From positions 1 to 32,817 of IMG/VR virus record IMGVR_UViG_3300016263_000541: DNA of 32,817 nucleotides; one strand, given 5' to 3'. This DNA comes from a virus. Lineage: Duplodnaviria > Caudoviricetes. This document shows, piece after piece, positions 6,622 through 15,942 of this stretch. The notes below the pieces were generated by a model. It had not been told where the DNA came from. It saw nothing but the letters and a program-made list of their open reading frames with translations, and ran no database searches. Every line of letters begins with the position of its first letter. The stretch's first letter is position 1. Position numbers and translations under genes: made by a program.

Positions 6622-7133
6622 CGCGCGAGCGAGGACGCTTCCTTCCTGACGTTCTCGACGCGCGCCCACCAGCCCTTGCCGAAGGTCGGCCAGGTTGGCA
6701 GGGATCGAAGGAACGCCAGCCGCAAGTCGCAGACCTCGCCGATCACCGTCAGGGCATCGGCATCATGGGTGGCCGCAAGCGTCTTGGGTCCGATCGATCC
6801 ATCGGCGTTGACGCCCAGCGCCTTCTGCAGCAAGCGAACCGCGCGACCGGGGCCGCTGTTCACGGCCAGATCAAACACGCATAGGTCGACGCCCGCCGGC
6901 AGCTGGTCGCCGCGTACCGCGTTCCAGTACCGTTTGCGGTAGATATCGGAGACATCGGCGTCGCTGATGGCGCGGAGATCCTCTTTCGTGCGATCGGCGC
7001 CGCGCGCCTCGCGGAAAGTTGCGAGCGTGATGCCCCTCATGGTCGCGCCGCCGGGGTCTGCCGGATGATCCGACCACAGCCCCTCGTGCCGAAGCACGGC
7101 CGCGAGCGCCGTCGGCCAGGTTGCTTCGCTCAT
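6603..7133 (-). CDS. Endolysin, glycoside hydrolase family 108 with peptidoglycan-binding segment
   Basis: Start MSEATW at 7133. HEG.WSDHPADPGGAT..GIT, IY...YW, FDLAVNSG..RA..LLQ.ALGV.ADG.IGP.T, FGKGW..RV. Confidence 0.9.
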   Translation of the reverse strand: MSEATWPTALAAVLRHEGLWSDHPADPGGATMRGITLATFREARGADRTKEDLRAISDADVSDIYRKRYWNAVRGDQLPAGVDLCVFDLAVNSGPGRAVRLLQKALGVNADGSIGPKTLAATHDADALTVIGEVCDLRLAFLRSLPTWPTFGKGWWARVENVRKEASSLARHPQQE

Positions 7134-7651
7134 TTCTGCCCTCCGGCCAGAAGCTGCGTCTTCTGCTGCGACGAGCTGCTGGAGCCGAAGTAGTAGGCCA
7201 CGACCTGTTCGCACTTGGCCGAGACGAACCCGATCAGGGTTCCGACCGTCGTCGCCATAAGCGGATCTTTCATCCCGTCGACATAGCCGAGCAGGACGAG
7301 AAACACCGTTGCCATGAACCCAGCCACGACGACGAACGCCAGCACGCGCGGCATCCAGTCGCGGACCTGAGCCTCGCGCCGCCTGGCGCTGTCGCGGTCG
7401 GACGCGGCGATCTTCTCAAGGTCGATGTCGAGTTCGCGCATCCTGACGGCGAAGTCCTGGTCCGCCTGCTTGAGCGCCAGGAGCTGGTCTGGCGTCGCCG
7501 CCGCCATCGCCTTCGACACGTCCTTCTCGCTGCTGTCCGCTGGGAGCCCGAGCACATCGGCGACGACCTTCATTGCCATGCCGCCAAGCGGGCCGCCGAT
7601 GGCGGTCGCAAGGGTCGGCGCTACTGCACCGACGATCTTGAGCAGGTCCAT
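7130..7651 (-). CDS. Holin-like membrane protein (3-TM / gene-transfer-release type)
   Basis: APTLATAIGGPLGG, DRDSARRRE, two C-terminal TM helices, YYFGSS; directly upstream of the endolysin. ATG 7651 has the better SD spacing (alternative 7657). Confidence 0.7.
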   Translation of the reverse strand: MDLLKIVGAVAPTLATAIGGPLGGMAMKVVADVLGLPADSSEKDVSKAMAAATPDQLLALKQADQDFAVRMRELDIDLEKIAASDRDSARRREAQVRDWMPRVLAFVVVAGFMATVFLVLLGYVDGMKDPLMATTVGTLIGFVSAKCEQVVAYYFGSSSSSQQKTQLLAGGQK

Positions 7652-7653
7652 GG

Positions 7654-7803
7654 TCATCCCTTCTTGTTCCAGAGGTCGAACAGCGTCTTGACCTTCTCCT
7701 CGATGACCAGGACACGCTGGTCGAGCTTAGCCAGCACGATCACTAGCGTGATAAAACCGATGGCAAGCGGCCATAGCTTAAGGACGGCCTCTAGGGCTTC
7801 CAT
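7654..7803 (-). CDS. Small membrane protein with coiled-coil tail (lysis accessory?)
   Basis: MEALEAVLKLWPLAIGFITLVIVLAKLDQRVLVIEEKVKTLFDLWNKKG (49 aa); not in the ORF track. Confidence 0.7.
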   Translation of the reverse strand: MEALEAVLKLWPLAIGFITLVIVLAKLDQRVLVIEEKVKTLFDLWNKKG

Positions 7804-7806
7804 CGC

Positions 7807-7986
7807 TCATCCAGCAGACTTCCGAAGCCGCGCGACGAGATGCTGGATCGTCTTGGTCTCGTAGATGCGGACGCCCGTCCAGACGATCGTGAAGATCGCG
7901 GCAACAGAAGGAAGCCAGCCAGCCACGGTCGCGACAGCAGTGCCAAACGAAGCAGCGTCGATGGCGTTCTTTGCGTGCTCGTTCAT
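7807..7986 (-). CDS. Small holin-like membrane protein
   Basis: MNEHAKNAIDAASFGTAVATVAGWLPSVAAIFTIVWTGVRIYETKTIQHLVARLRKSAG; hydrophobic core and basic C-terminus. Confidence 0.65.
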   Translation of the reverse strand: MNEHAKNAIDAASFGTAVATVAGWLPSVAAIFTIVWTGVRIYETKTIQHLVARLRKSAG

Positions 7987-8003
7987 TTTTGCATCACCGA
8001 CAA

Positions 8004-8357
8004 TTAGAGGCCTTCGCCTGGAGTCAGGTAGACAGTGGACGCCGCAGCAGCAACGCCAGAGAACCACGAACCTGCCGGAAAGCGCATGATTTCGATGGCG
8101 CCCGGCAGGAGCGGTATCCCGTCCGCTGGAGTGCCAGCAACAGCGGCGACCGCGTTCGCAGTTGCCTCAGTGGCACTGAATCCGAATCCAAGATGGACAA
8201 GATTCAGGCTGCTGTTGACGATTCTCATCTGACCGGAAACGCGGGCTGAAAACCGCTCATCGACCGGTGCCTGCACACCAGCCGGAGCTACTGCCGCCGC
8301 AGCGACGACGACGGTCTTGCCCTGCGGGTTGAATGCGATCTGAGAGTTCGTAGCCAT
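8004..8357 (-). CDS. Hypothetical beta-rich protein, probably virion-associated
   Basis: 117 aa, SD GAGGAG; ends VYLTPGEGL. Confidence 0.75.
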   Translation of the reverse strand: MATNSQIAFNPQGKTVVVAAAAVAPAGVQAPVDERFSARVSGQMRIVNSSLNLVHLGFGFSATEATANAVAAVAGTPADGIPLLPGAIEIMRFPAGSWFSGVAAAASTVYLTPGEGL

Positions 8358-8367
8358 GGATCACTCC

Positions 8368-9378
8368 TCAAGGAAGGATGCGTTTGTTCTTGCGAACAGT
8401 GTAGATGTACTTTCCGATCTGCGTCGAAAAATCCCACCCAAGATTATTTCCAGCGTCGATGTTTCCATTTGTGGTAAACGCATTCCACGTTGCACCACCA
8501 GTAGCTATGCTATCCGAGATTGTTGTGTACGCAGCGGTGTTTGTGCCGCTTGGGTCAGAAAGTGTGAATTGCGCCCCTGGAGTCGTAGAACCTATAATGA
8601 TCTGACTCGACGATGTGCCTGTGAACATGAACGCGCCAGCCGAGCTGGTGGCCCCATCTCTAAATTTCACACTGCCTGCGCTGACAGTCAGTGTTCTTGC
8701 GGCTGTTAATCGAACTGCATTTGTAAACTCAAACGATGCTCCGCCGCTGAACGTCATTAAACCATCAACTTCTTGGTTCGCCGCAGTTATCGTGTGAGTT
8801 CCAGAAGTCGCGGCAAATATCAAGCCGCCTGAACTGGCAGCAACTGTCATCGCAGCAGAATAAATGATCCCACCATACAACCTTCGATTTCCTGCGGCAA
8901 GCGTACCGCTGAACCCAGTAAAGTTCACGTTCTTGTACGTATTGTTTCCAGTTCCGAGCGCCACCGTGTCTGTACCGGCAGTGATATTTACATTGACAGC
9001 ATTCGACTCTGCAATACCCACACCGCCCGTAATCGTGCGCGTCCCAGTAGAACCGCTGTATGTCGCGTTGATAGTTGGGTTGTTCAACATTGCCACTGCC
9101 GCATTGCCAACATACAGCGTGGCAGCATTGCCGGCCAAATTGATTTTGTGATTGTTCCAGTCAAATGTTGTGATGGATGAACCACTGAATGTCATGCTGA
9201 ACACTGTCGCGTCAGCAGCAAGCGTCACAGTGCCAACGCCTGAGCTAGCGTTAAAAATAGCTATATCAGCCGCTGTCGGCACTGGTGCGCCGCCAACGCC
9301 TCCACTGGTCAGCGACCAATTCAGGACGTTCACCGCATCCCATGTGCCGGTACCACCGACCCAGTATCTGTTAGCCAT
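8368..9378 (-). CDS. Gly/Thr/Asn-rich beta-solenoid protein, putative second fibre/adhesin
   Basis: N-terminal RYWVGGTGTWD...NWS.TSGG.GGA.VP...D.A.F, C-terminal D.GNN.GW; lower GC than the core genes. Confidence 0.7.
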   Translation of the reverse strand: MANRYWVGGTGTWDAVNVLNWSLTSGGVGGAPVPTAADIAIFNASSGVGTVTLAADATVFSMTFSGSSITTFDWNNHKINLAGNAATLYVGNAAVAMLNNPTINATYSGSTGTRTITGGVGIAESNAVNVNITAGTDTVALGTGNNTYKNVNFTGFSGTLAAGNRRLYGGIIYSAAMTVAASSGGLIFAATSGTHTITAANQEVDGLMTFSGGASFEFTNAVRLTAARTLTVSAGSVKFRDGATSSAGAFMFTGTSSSQIIIGSTTPGAQFTLSDPSGTNTAAYTTISDSIATGGATWNAFTTNGNIDAGNNLGWDFSTQIGKYIYTVRKNKRILP

Positions 9379-9466
9379 TTAGCGCTACCTCAAAAATGGT
9401 TCCGGTGATCATGCAAACGCAAATCAGCTTGCCGTCCTCGATCTTGATGATTTCGCAGTTGTCCAT
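9371..9466 (-). CDS. 31-aa hypothetical protein
   Basis: MDNCEIIKIEDGKLICVCMITGTIFEVALNG; SD AAGGA; fills the gap between tailspike and fibre. Confidence 0.5.
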   Translation of the reverse strand: MDNCEIIKIEDGKLICVCMITGTIFEVALNG

Positions 9467-9475
9467 TTCAATTCC

Positions 9476-11503
9476 TTACGTGTAGCTCAGAGCAATTCCA
9501 GGACCGACAACGTTATTGTTCGCATCCAGCTTTACGTTTGTAGCCAAAGCGTTTAAGTACACAGCAGCTGGATTAGTCTTTGCTGTGTCCAAATCCAGAA
9601 AAGCATTCCCGGTGATGACTACGTTAGCAGTATCAGCACCGGTATAAATCAAATACCGGGCCTCGTTTGTAGAAAATATGTTACCCGCGAATACGGCACC
9701 TGTTACCCCAACGTCGATCAACACCAGATAAATATTCGCAGTGGTCGTGGTCGTACCGACATTTTTGAACGTGTTGTTGCTGACGATCAACTGCGATGAA
9801 TAATTGATGTCAAGACACGCAAGTCCGATCTGCTCAAACGTATTGCCAACAACACGGATGGCTTTGTCGAAGTTGTCCACTGAGTAAACGCCGGTCCTGC
9901 CGTCCTTGATGGTGTTGTTCGTAACATCAGCGAACTTCACACCTTCAATCGTGATTGCGTAGGATGTGGCATCCGGCGTTGGTGCCGGTTTACTGATGTC
10001 GCACCCATCCACCAAGCAATAGTCCGTGGTACGCAGTCGCATGTAGCGGTGGTGTTTGAACACGCTGTTCGTTACTTTGATCTGCGTACAAAGCTGCGGA
10101 TAAAAGAACTCACGGGTTTGGGTCACATTATCTGAGTAAAGATTAACTGCGTCAAACACGCCGAGCTTTACGCCGGTCAGTGCGATCGAAAGCCCGTTGG
10201 TATGGTCGTTGCCGTCTACTTCGAATCCGTTAACAAGCACAGACGCGTTGTAGTCGAACCCATTCCACACAGGTGACCCATCGACACCACCGCTAACGCA
10301 ATCAGCACTGAAACCGCCGTTGCCGGTCATGTAACAATCGCGGAACGTAAAATCATAGGCCTGCGTTTGGGTGATGTTCTGCGCGTAAGTGTACCCGTAG
10401 TCTCCAACGAACGGGTTGTACGCAAGCGTCGTGGTGTCGGCGTAACAATTGTCGACAACAACGCGACCTGACGCAGAGAAAGTAAAACCGCGCAACGGCT
10501 TGCTATAACCAGGAGCTTGGTGGACCATGCAATTTCTCAGTGTGATGTTGTGGGCGTGCCACGTTTTCGCTGGTAGGCCACTTAGGGTGTCTTTGGTCCA
10601 GTGAGCAGTAATTGCGTAGTTCGTCGTGCCAGTGACTGAAACATTTTCGATGATGGTGTCCTCAACCCATCCAGCCAAATACACGCCCTTGATGTTGTTC
10701 ACGCCACCAATGTTGATTTGAACGCTACCGGACACGAAACAAAACTGCGTGATGGACGGGTTAGCATCGCCAGCGTCACACCCGAACTGAATGGCACTGT
10801 TCTTCGACCCATCAGATCCTAGCGATGTGGCAGACGCGTTGATGATAAAATCACCTCGAATGCCGCTGTTCACAGCTTCTTGGAAATAAAATCCTCGCCC
10901 GTTCTCGCCGGAGCAATCCATCGTGAACACAGCACCATTATCTACAGCAAGGGTGGTGTTGCTTCCAAAAATGACTTCACCGACGATCTTGTATGTACCA
11001 ACAGGAACAACGATCTCACCGCCAATGTTGGCGGCTGCTTGAAAGGCAGCAGTGTCGTCCGTCACACCATCCCCAACTGCGCCGAAGTCTTTGGCGCTGA
11101 TGGTCTGTGCCAGTTTGGCCTCGGCGTTGGTCTGTAAAGCACCGAAGAACGGTGGGTCATAAACTACGTTCTCAGCATTCACGCCACTGATCACTGCCCC
11201 ACTGTAGCGCTCCGTCGCAGCCGGTGCGCTATAAATCACGCTCCCATTTTTATTCATGACCCGAATGCTGTAGTCACTGTTGACGTACAGGCGGGCAGGC
11301 GTGCCGCTGTTAACAGGATAGCCGCCCTGAGTGCGGATTGGCTGGCCAGCCAGCTGGGTCAGCGCAGCGTCCCAGTAGACGTTGATCGGGTTTCCTTGCG
11401 GGTCAAGGTTAACTGTTCCAATCCAGATGTAGCCATCTTCCAACGGCTGACCGTCAGCCTCGGTGAAGATCGGGTAGGAAGGCTGGATGCTTAGTGCGGA
11501 CAT
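9476..11503 (-). CDS. Tailspike: P22-type head-binding domain plus pectate-lyase-like parallel beta-helix
   Basis: Start MSALSIQP (TAATG overlap). F...GQPL..GYI.IG....DP...PI.VY..QPIRT..GYP head-binding motif; KDFGAVGDGVTDDTAAFQAA; PbH-like I..N.F repeats. Confidence 0.9.
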   Translation of the reverse strand: MSALSIQPSYPIFTEADGQPLEDGYIWIGTVNLDPQGNPINVYWDAALTQLAGQPIRTQGGYPVNSGTPARLYVNSDYSIRVMNKNGSVIYSAPAATERYSGAVISGVNAENVVYDPPFFGALQTNAEAKLAQTISAKDFGAVGDGVTDDTAAFQAAANIGGEIVVPVGTYKIVGEVIFGSNTTLAVDNGAVFTMDCSGENGRGFYFQEAVNSGIRGDFIINASATSLGSDGSKNSAIQFGCDAGDANPSITQFCFVSGSVQINIGGVNNIKGVYLAGWVEDTIIENVSVTGTTNYAITAHWTKDTLSGLPAKTWHAHNITLRNCMVHQAPGYSKPLRGFTFSASGRVVVDNCYADTTTLAYNPFVGDYGYTYAQNITQTQAYDFTFRDCYMTGNGGFSADCVSGGVDGSPVWNGFDYNASVLVNGFEVDGNDHTNGLSIALTGVKLGVFDAVNLYSDNVTQTREFFYPQLCTQIKVTNSVFKHHRYMRLRTTDYCLVDGCDISKPAPTPDATSYAITIEGVKFADVTNNTIKDGRTGVYSVDNFDKAIRVVGNTFEQIGLACLDINYSSQLIVSNNTFKNVGTTTTTANIYLVLIDVGVTGAVFAGNIFSTNEARYLIYTGADTANVVITGNAFLDLDTAKTNPAAVYLNALATNVKLDANNNVVGPGIALSYT

Positions 11504-14502
11504 TACTTGCTCTCCGGTTGGAATTGACGCCCGGCCTGGGTAGCTGACAGCAACCACTGCACGCGCGCATCAACGGACTTTTGCATCTTGGCCGCGTCGG
11601 CAAATCTCTTGAAAGCGTCAGAAAGCGCGACCGCGCGAAGTGCGGATTGACTCGGACCAGCTCCTGACGCGCTTTCGATGGCCAGGCGCTGGAATGCAGG
11701 AGACACGATCAGCTCGTCGGCCGCCTTCAGAGCATCGGGCCTGGCGCCCTTAGTCAGAGCGGCAGTCAGTCCAGAAGCTATTCCTGCGCCGGGTAGGCCA
11801 ACAGCCGTTGTGGCCGCCTCTATCGGCACACCAACCGCAGCGCGCTTGGCCACGTTGAAGACGTTGTAGAGTAGCGAGTCGGCCCCCTGGAGCTCCTGCT
11901 GGACGGCCTGGATGCGTCCGGTGGTGATGCGCTCGCGGGTGGCCTTTCGAATGTTGTTCGAGACACGGTACAGGTCCGACAGCGCCTTTCTCGCTGGCGG
12001 CGGAAGGTTGTTCATCAGCGCCGCATAGGCCTGCTTGTTCTGTAGCAGACCCTCGTACCAGTTGGCGTAGGTGTTGAAGTTCAGCGTCCCGTTCTGGGTG
12101 GCCTTGCCGAAGGCCGTGTTCAGAGATGAGGCTGTCACCATCTGCCGCATCTCTTTCGGGATGGCCTGAAGCAAATTGACAAGCTTGTCGGCATCTCCCT
12201 TGGAAAGCGCCGTGGTGGCAGTGGACAGCTTGGTGACCAGGCTCTGGTCCAGCTCTCGCCCGAACAGCGAGATCATGTCGTCCTCGATTCCCTTGCGCAT
12301 CGCAACCAGGCTCTTAGCGAGTCGGAACTGCTCACCCTGATTGGCAGTCTGCGCAAGCTTGAACTGATCGTCGTCGATCAGCGCATACAGGCGCTTGGCC
12401 AGGCCGGTATCGGCGTCCTTGAATGCGCCCTGCTGCCGCGCCGCAGATCCGATGTCGCGCCGAACATCGTCGATTAGGGCATAGGTGGGCTGGCGCAGAC
12501 CGGTCACGTTCCCAGCGGCATCCTTGATCTCTTTCGGAGACAGCCTGCTCAGAACGGATTTTTCAATTGCCGAAAGATTCCGCGCTCCATCCAAATCAGC
12601 TGCGCGCTGTTCAATGAACGCCAGAACGTTCTGAGCTGGTCCGCGCGTCTGTGCCGGGATGTTTTCGCGAAGGTCGTTGTATGCCGCATTGGCTTTCCGC
12701 TCCAGCCCGGCAATCGTCTGCGACAAGTTGGTGCGGACGCTCTGGCTCATGCGGCTAAGGTCGGTCATGCCGCCGATCTCGGAGATCAGGTCGTCCGCCC
12801 TCTTGCCAACGGCCTGTAGCCCAGTCAGCTCAGCCGTGCGCGTCTGGCTGCCAGGGATCGACTTCACGGCCTGCGCCAGCTCCCGGAATGCCTGATTCGA
12901 CGTCAGGTGATCCGGCTGTAGGTAGCTTTCGATCCCGAGCCGACGCGCGGCCTCCAGAACCTTTGGATCTGGCGCAGCCTGGGTGGCCAGCACCTCGGTG
13001 GCTCTACCAGCGCCCATGCCACCACCTGCCGCAGTTCTAGCGGTCTGCGCCAGCTCAGGAGCCGTCATGGTCGCCGCTGCCGCAGGAGCCGCGGGAGCCG
13101 CTGGAGCGGGAGTCGGCGCTACAGGAGCAACGCCCGCCGCAGGTGCTGCCGGAGGAATCTCCCCACCACGCACAGCGCGCACCATCTGCGGGATGCGAGT
13201 AGCGACCTGACCAGCTCCTCCGAGCGCGCCGGCGAGCGCGACTTCTCCGGCGTCGAATCGGCCTCCAGTGGCGGCCTGTGTGGCCTCGATGCCCGCCTGC
13301 GTCGCAGCGCTACCGGCAATGGCGCCCGGAATCGTGGCGGCACGACCGGCAGGCGTAAAAGCTGCAATCGCGCCAGCAGCTCGCGGGATGTCGCTGACCT
13401 GGAAGCCAGGCTTGATGGCGTACATCTGGCCGTCGATGGACGACCGCAGGATGAAGTTGCCTTTCTCGTCCTGCTGAACCTGCACGCCAGGGAAATTGGC
13501 GCGAATGACCTGCACCGTCTCCTCGGGACTGGTCATCATCGTGCCGAGTCCGGTTTTGAAGCTCGCCATGCTGAACGTGTTCAGCTCCGGCATGCTCGCC
13601 CAATCCGGCAGCGCTTGCGTGGTCGGAGTAGCGCGCTCCGCTCCGGTGATGGCCTCGCGCGCAGCGCCAAGCACGCCCATCGGCTCGGTCTTCTGGAGCT
13701 GGAAACCGGCAGGCACGCGCACCATGCCATTGGCCACGTCGCGCTCAAGCTCCATCATCTCGTCGCGCGTCATGCGGCCAGCGCGGTAGGCCTCCAAGAC
13801 CGGAGCCGGAAGCTCTGAAATAGTGGCGCGCTCTCCCTGCGGCTGCTCTCCACGCAGCGCCGCGCCGCGCGGGAGCATGAGGTTTCCAGATCGCACGTCG
13901 GCCTCGAACGCAGCCGACTCCTCTGGAGTCATCTTTCCGCTGCTGTAAGCCTCGAAGACGCGCGCGATCGCATCCTGCGGGACAGCGGCGGCTTCGCTCT
14001 TAGCAAGCGCGCGTTGGAAGCTGCTGATCGTTCCGCCTTCAGCAATCGTCGCGGGCCTTGCTTCCGCACCGGCCTGCTCCGCAGAAGCCTGAGCTGGAGC
14101 TTCGCCCAAGCCCTGCGTGACGCGCGCGACGTAGGCTTTCGTGCGCGGACCCCAGTTTCGCGGATCAGTGCCGCCGTGATACTCGGCAGCAGCCAGAGTC
14201 ACGTTACCCTGATTGCGATCCAGCGACTCCTTGAGCAGTAGACCGGCGGCCTGAGCAGCTGCCTGTGGATTCAGATAGGCATCGACCCCATACTTCTTCA
14301 GCACAGCAGCTCGGGTCGATGGAATGATCTGAAAAGGCGTCCTAGCTCCAGCCTCAGACACCTGATCGGCATTTGAGCGCTCTCCGCGCGTGAGCACAGA
14401 GACCAGAAGACCATCCGGCAATCCAAGCTTACGCTCGGTAGTGACTGCAAGATTGGACCAAAACGGGTCCGAGTAGCTGTTGGGGATCTGTTCCGTCGCC
14501 AT
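11503..14502 (-). CDS. Large DNA ejection/internal virion protein with N-terminal lytic transglycosylase-like domain
   Basis: 999 aa, helical and Ala-rich; LPDGLLVSV...E.S....VS.AGA..PFQIIPST...LL...LD...G...LA.A.YHGG...TKAYV; synteny with P22 ejection genes. Confidence 0.75.
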   Translation of the reverse strand: MATEQIPNSYSDPFWSNLAVTTERKLGLPDGLLVSVLTRGERSNADQVSEAGARTPFQIIPSTRAAVLKKYGVDAYLNPQAAAQAAGLLLKESLDRNQGNVTLAAAEYHGGTDPRNWGPRTKAYVARVTQGLGEAPAQASAEQAGAEARPATIAEGGTISSFQRALAKSEAAAVPQDAIARVFEAYSSGKMTPEESAAFEADVRSGNLMLPRGAALRGEQPQGERATISELPAPVLEAYRAGRMTRDEMMELERDVANGMVRVPAGFQLQKTEPMGVLGAAREAITGAERATPTTQALPDWASMPELNTFSMASFKTGLGTMMTSPEETVQVIRANFPGVQVQQDEKGNFILRSSIDGQMYAIKPGFQVSDIPRAAGAIAAFTPAGRAATIPGAIAGSAATQAGIEATQAATGGRFDAGEVALAGALGGAGQVATRIPQMVRAVRGGEIPPAAPAAGVAPVAPTPAPAAPAAPAAAATMTAPELAQTARTAAGGGMGAGRATEVLATQAAPDPKVLEAARRLGIESYLQPDHLTSNQAFRELAQAVKSIPGSQTRTAELTGLQAVGKRADDLISEIGGMTDLSRMSQSVRTNLSQTIAGLERKANAAYNDLRENIPAQTRGPAQNVLAFIEQRAADLDGARNLSAIEKSVLSRLSPKEIKDAAGNVTGLRQPTYALIDDVRRDIGSAARQQGAFKDADTGLAKRLYALIDDDQFKLAQTANQGEQFRLAKSLVAMRKGIEDDMISLFGRELDQSLVTKLSTATTALSKGDADKLVNLLQAIPKEMRQMVTASSLNTAFGKATQNGTLNFNTYANWYEGLLQNKQAYAALMNNLPPPARKALSDLYRVSNNIRKATRERITTGRIQAVQQELQGADSLLYNVFNVAKRAAVGVPIEAATTAVGLPGAGIASGLTAALTKGARPDALKAADELIVSPAFQRLAIESASGAGPSQSALRAVALSDAFKRFADAAKMQKSVDARVQWLLSATQAGRQFQPESK

Positions 14503-14503
14503 T

Positions 14504-15940
14504 TTACTGCGCGCCAGGGAATGGAATCTGCGGAGCCGGAATTGGCTCAGCAGGAGGCGTCACAACCGGGGTGACGTCAGTCTGAGGATTGGCCCAGCGC
14601 ATATAGCCTCGGCCAGACACCGCACGACCGGCCTGCGCTGCCGCCAAATCCTGCGCGCGCCGCTCCATGAACTGTCGCGCGAAATCGACGTAGGTCGTAT
14701 TGCGCGGAACTCGAATGCCGCCGATCTCAATGTCGCGCGTGCTTCGTCCAAGCGAGCCAACTGAATTGACCCATTCTGCCTTTGCGCCTTCCGCAACAGC
14801 CTCGTACTGCGAAAGCTTCGCCATGCCGCGAAGGAAAGAAGAAATTGTTCCCGCATCTGCGTTGTCAGATGGGAACCCCTTCAAGGCAAGCTCAATGTCT
14901 CGATCTGTTGCCGGTCCAGGCGGCAGCGCCTTGATGGCCTGCGTATTTCGCAACCTGACATATTCCTGTCGAGCCTGCGTCCAGGCATCCTGATTTCCGG
15001 TGGCGTTGCGAATCCAGGCATTGACACCACTGAGTGCGCCATACCCACCGCCCAGCTGATCAAGCCGGCTTGCGAGATCAAGCATGCGTGCAGCAGATTG
15101 CTCAGATCCGACCGCGGCAATAGCTGATTCGTTCACTAGCTTGGTGGCGCTTGGATCGAGCTGCCCGGCCTTCTGATTCAGCTCATATAGCTTCATCTCG
15201 ACTTTAGACTGCAACTCGTCTCGATCAAGTTTCAGCTTATCTCGATCCAACACGAGCCTGTTAGCTCGATCCGCAATAGTGCTGTCCAGATTTCGGATCT
15301 GCGCGCCTGTCTGAGCATTTTCCAGCGCCAGTCTCTGCGGTGTATTTCTGGCTTCGAACGTCTTTTGCAGCGCAGCAGCTTCTGCTGCTGCGACATCGGC
15401 AGGTCCTTTCAGCGCCGCAATTGACGATGTCAGAACCTTGTCTCCGCCGGGGACGCCGGCCATCATGATGCCGATCGTCTTCTGCGCGTTTGCGGGATTT
15501 ATTTCGGCCATCTGCGCCCATGTTTCATAGGCGGAGGCCTGTGCCTCGCGTCCGGCGTTTCGCTCAGCGGCAGCCCTCTGGCGCAGCATCTGCACGCCGA
15601 TCTGCGGCTGGTTGGTGCTGAACGCCGACATGACCTGGCCGCCAAAGCGCAGCTCGTTCTCTTGGCGCTCCTTCGACAGCGCCTCCCAATTTGCGCGCAT
15701 GCTGTCGGCCTCAGCCTTTGGCAGCAGCATCGCAACATTTGTGAAGTCGCGCACATTCGGATTCGGATTCTTGATGAGTGCCTGAACCTGCTCTTGCAGC
15801 ATTTTCTGGCGCGCAAGATCTCGCTCCTGAGCCTCACGCTGCGCCGCAACATCTGCGATGGTCGCGCCGATCTTGAAGCCAGATAGCGCGGCCTCGAATG
15901 GGCTCTGAACGTTGACCTGATAGCTGTATGGCTGAACCAT
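14504..15940 (-). CDS. DNA ejection protein (P22 gp20-like position)
   Basis: Helical Ala/Gln-rich protein with coiled coil and LPPGPATDRDI motif; lies between the gp7-like and large ejection genes. Confidence 0.7.
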   Translation of the reverse strand: MVQPYSYQVNVQSPFEAALSGFKIGATIADVAAQREAQERDLARQKMLQEQVQALIKNPNPNVRDFTNVAMLLPKAEADSMRANWEALSKERQENELRFGGQVMSAFSTNQPQIGVQMLRQRAAAERNAGREAQASAYETWAQMAEINPANAQKTIGIMMAGVPGGDKVLTSSIAALKGPADVAAAEAAALQKTFEARNTPQRLALENAQTGAQIRNLDSTIADRANRLVLDRDKLKLDRDELQSKVEMKLYELNQKAGQLDPSATKLVNESAIAAVGSEQSAARMLDLASRLDQLGGGYGALSGVNAWIRNATGNQDAWTQARQEYVRLRNTQAIKALPPGPATDRDIELALKGFPSDNADAGTISSFLRGMAKLSQYEAVAEGAKAEWVNSVGSLGRSTRDIEIGGIRVPRNTTYVDFARQFMERRAQDLAAAQAGRAVSGRGYMRWANPQTDVTPVVTPPAEPIPAPQIPFPGAQ

Positions 15941-15942
15941 GT

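Noticed and set aside
7651-7657. Met-Thr-Met dual start of the holin-like gene (lambda S105/S107-type)
   Set aside because: No basic residue between the Mets; the first ATG is simply the ATGA overlap with the upstream stop and abuts the SD
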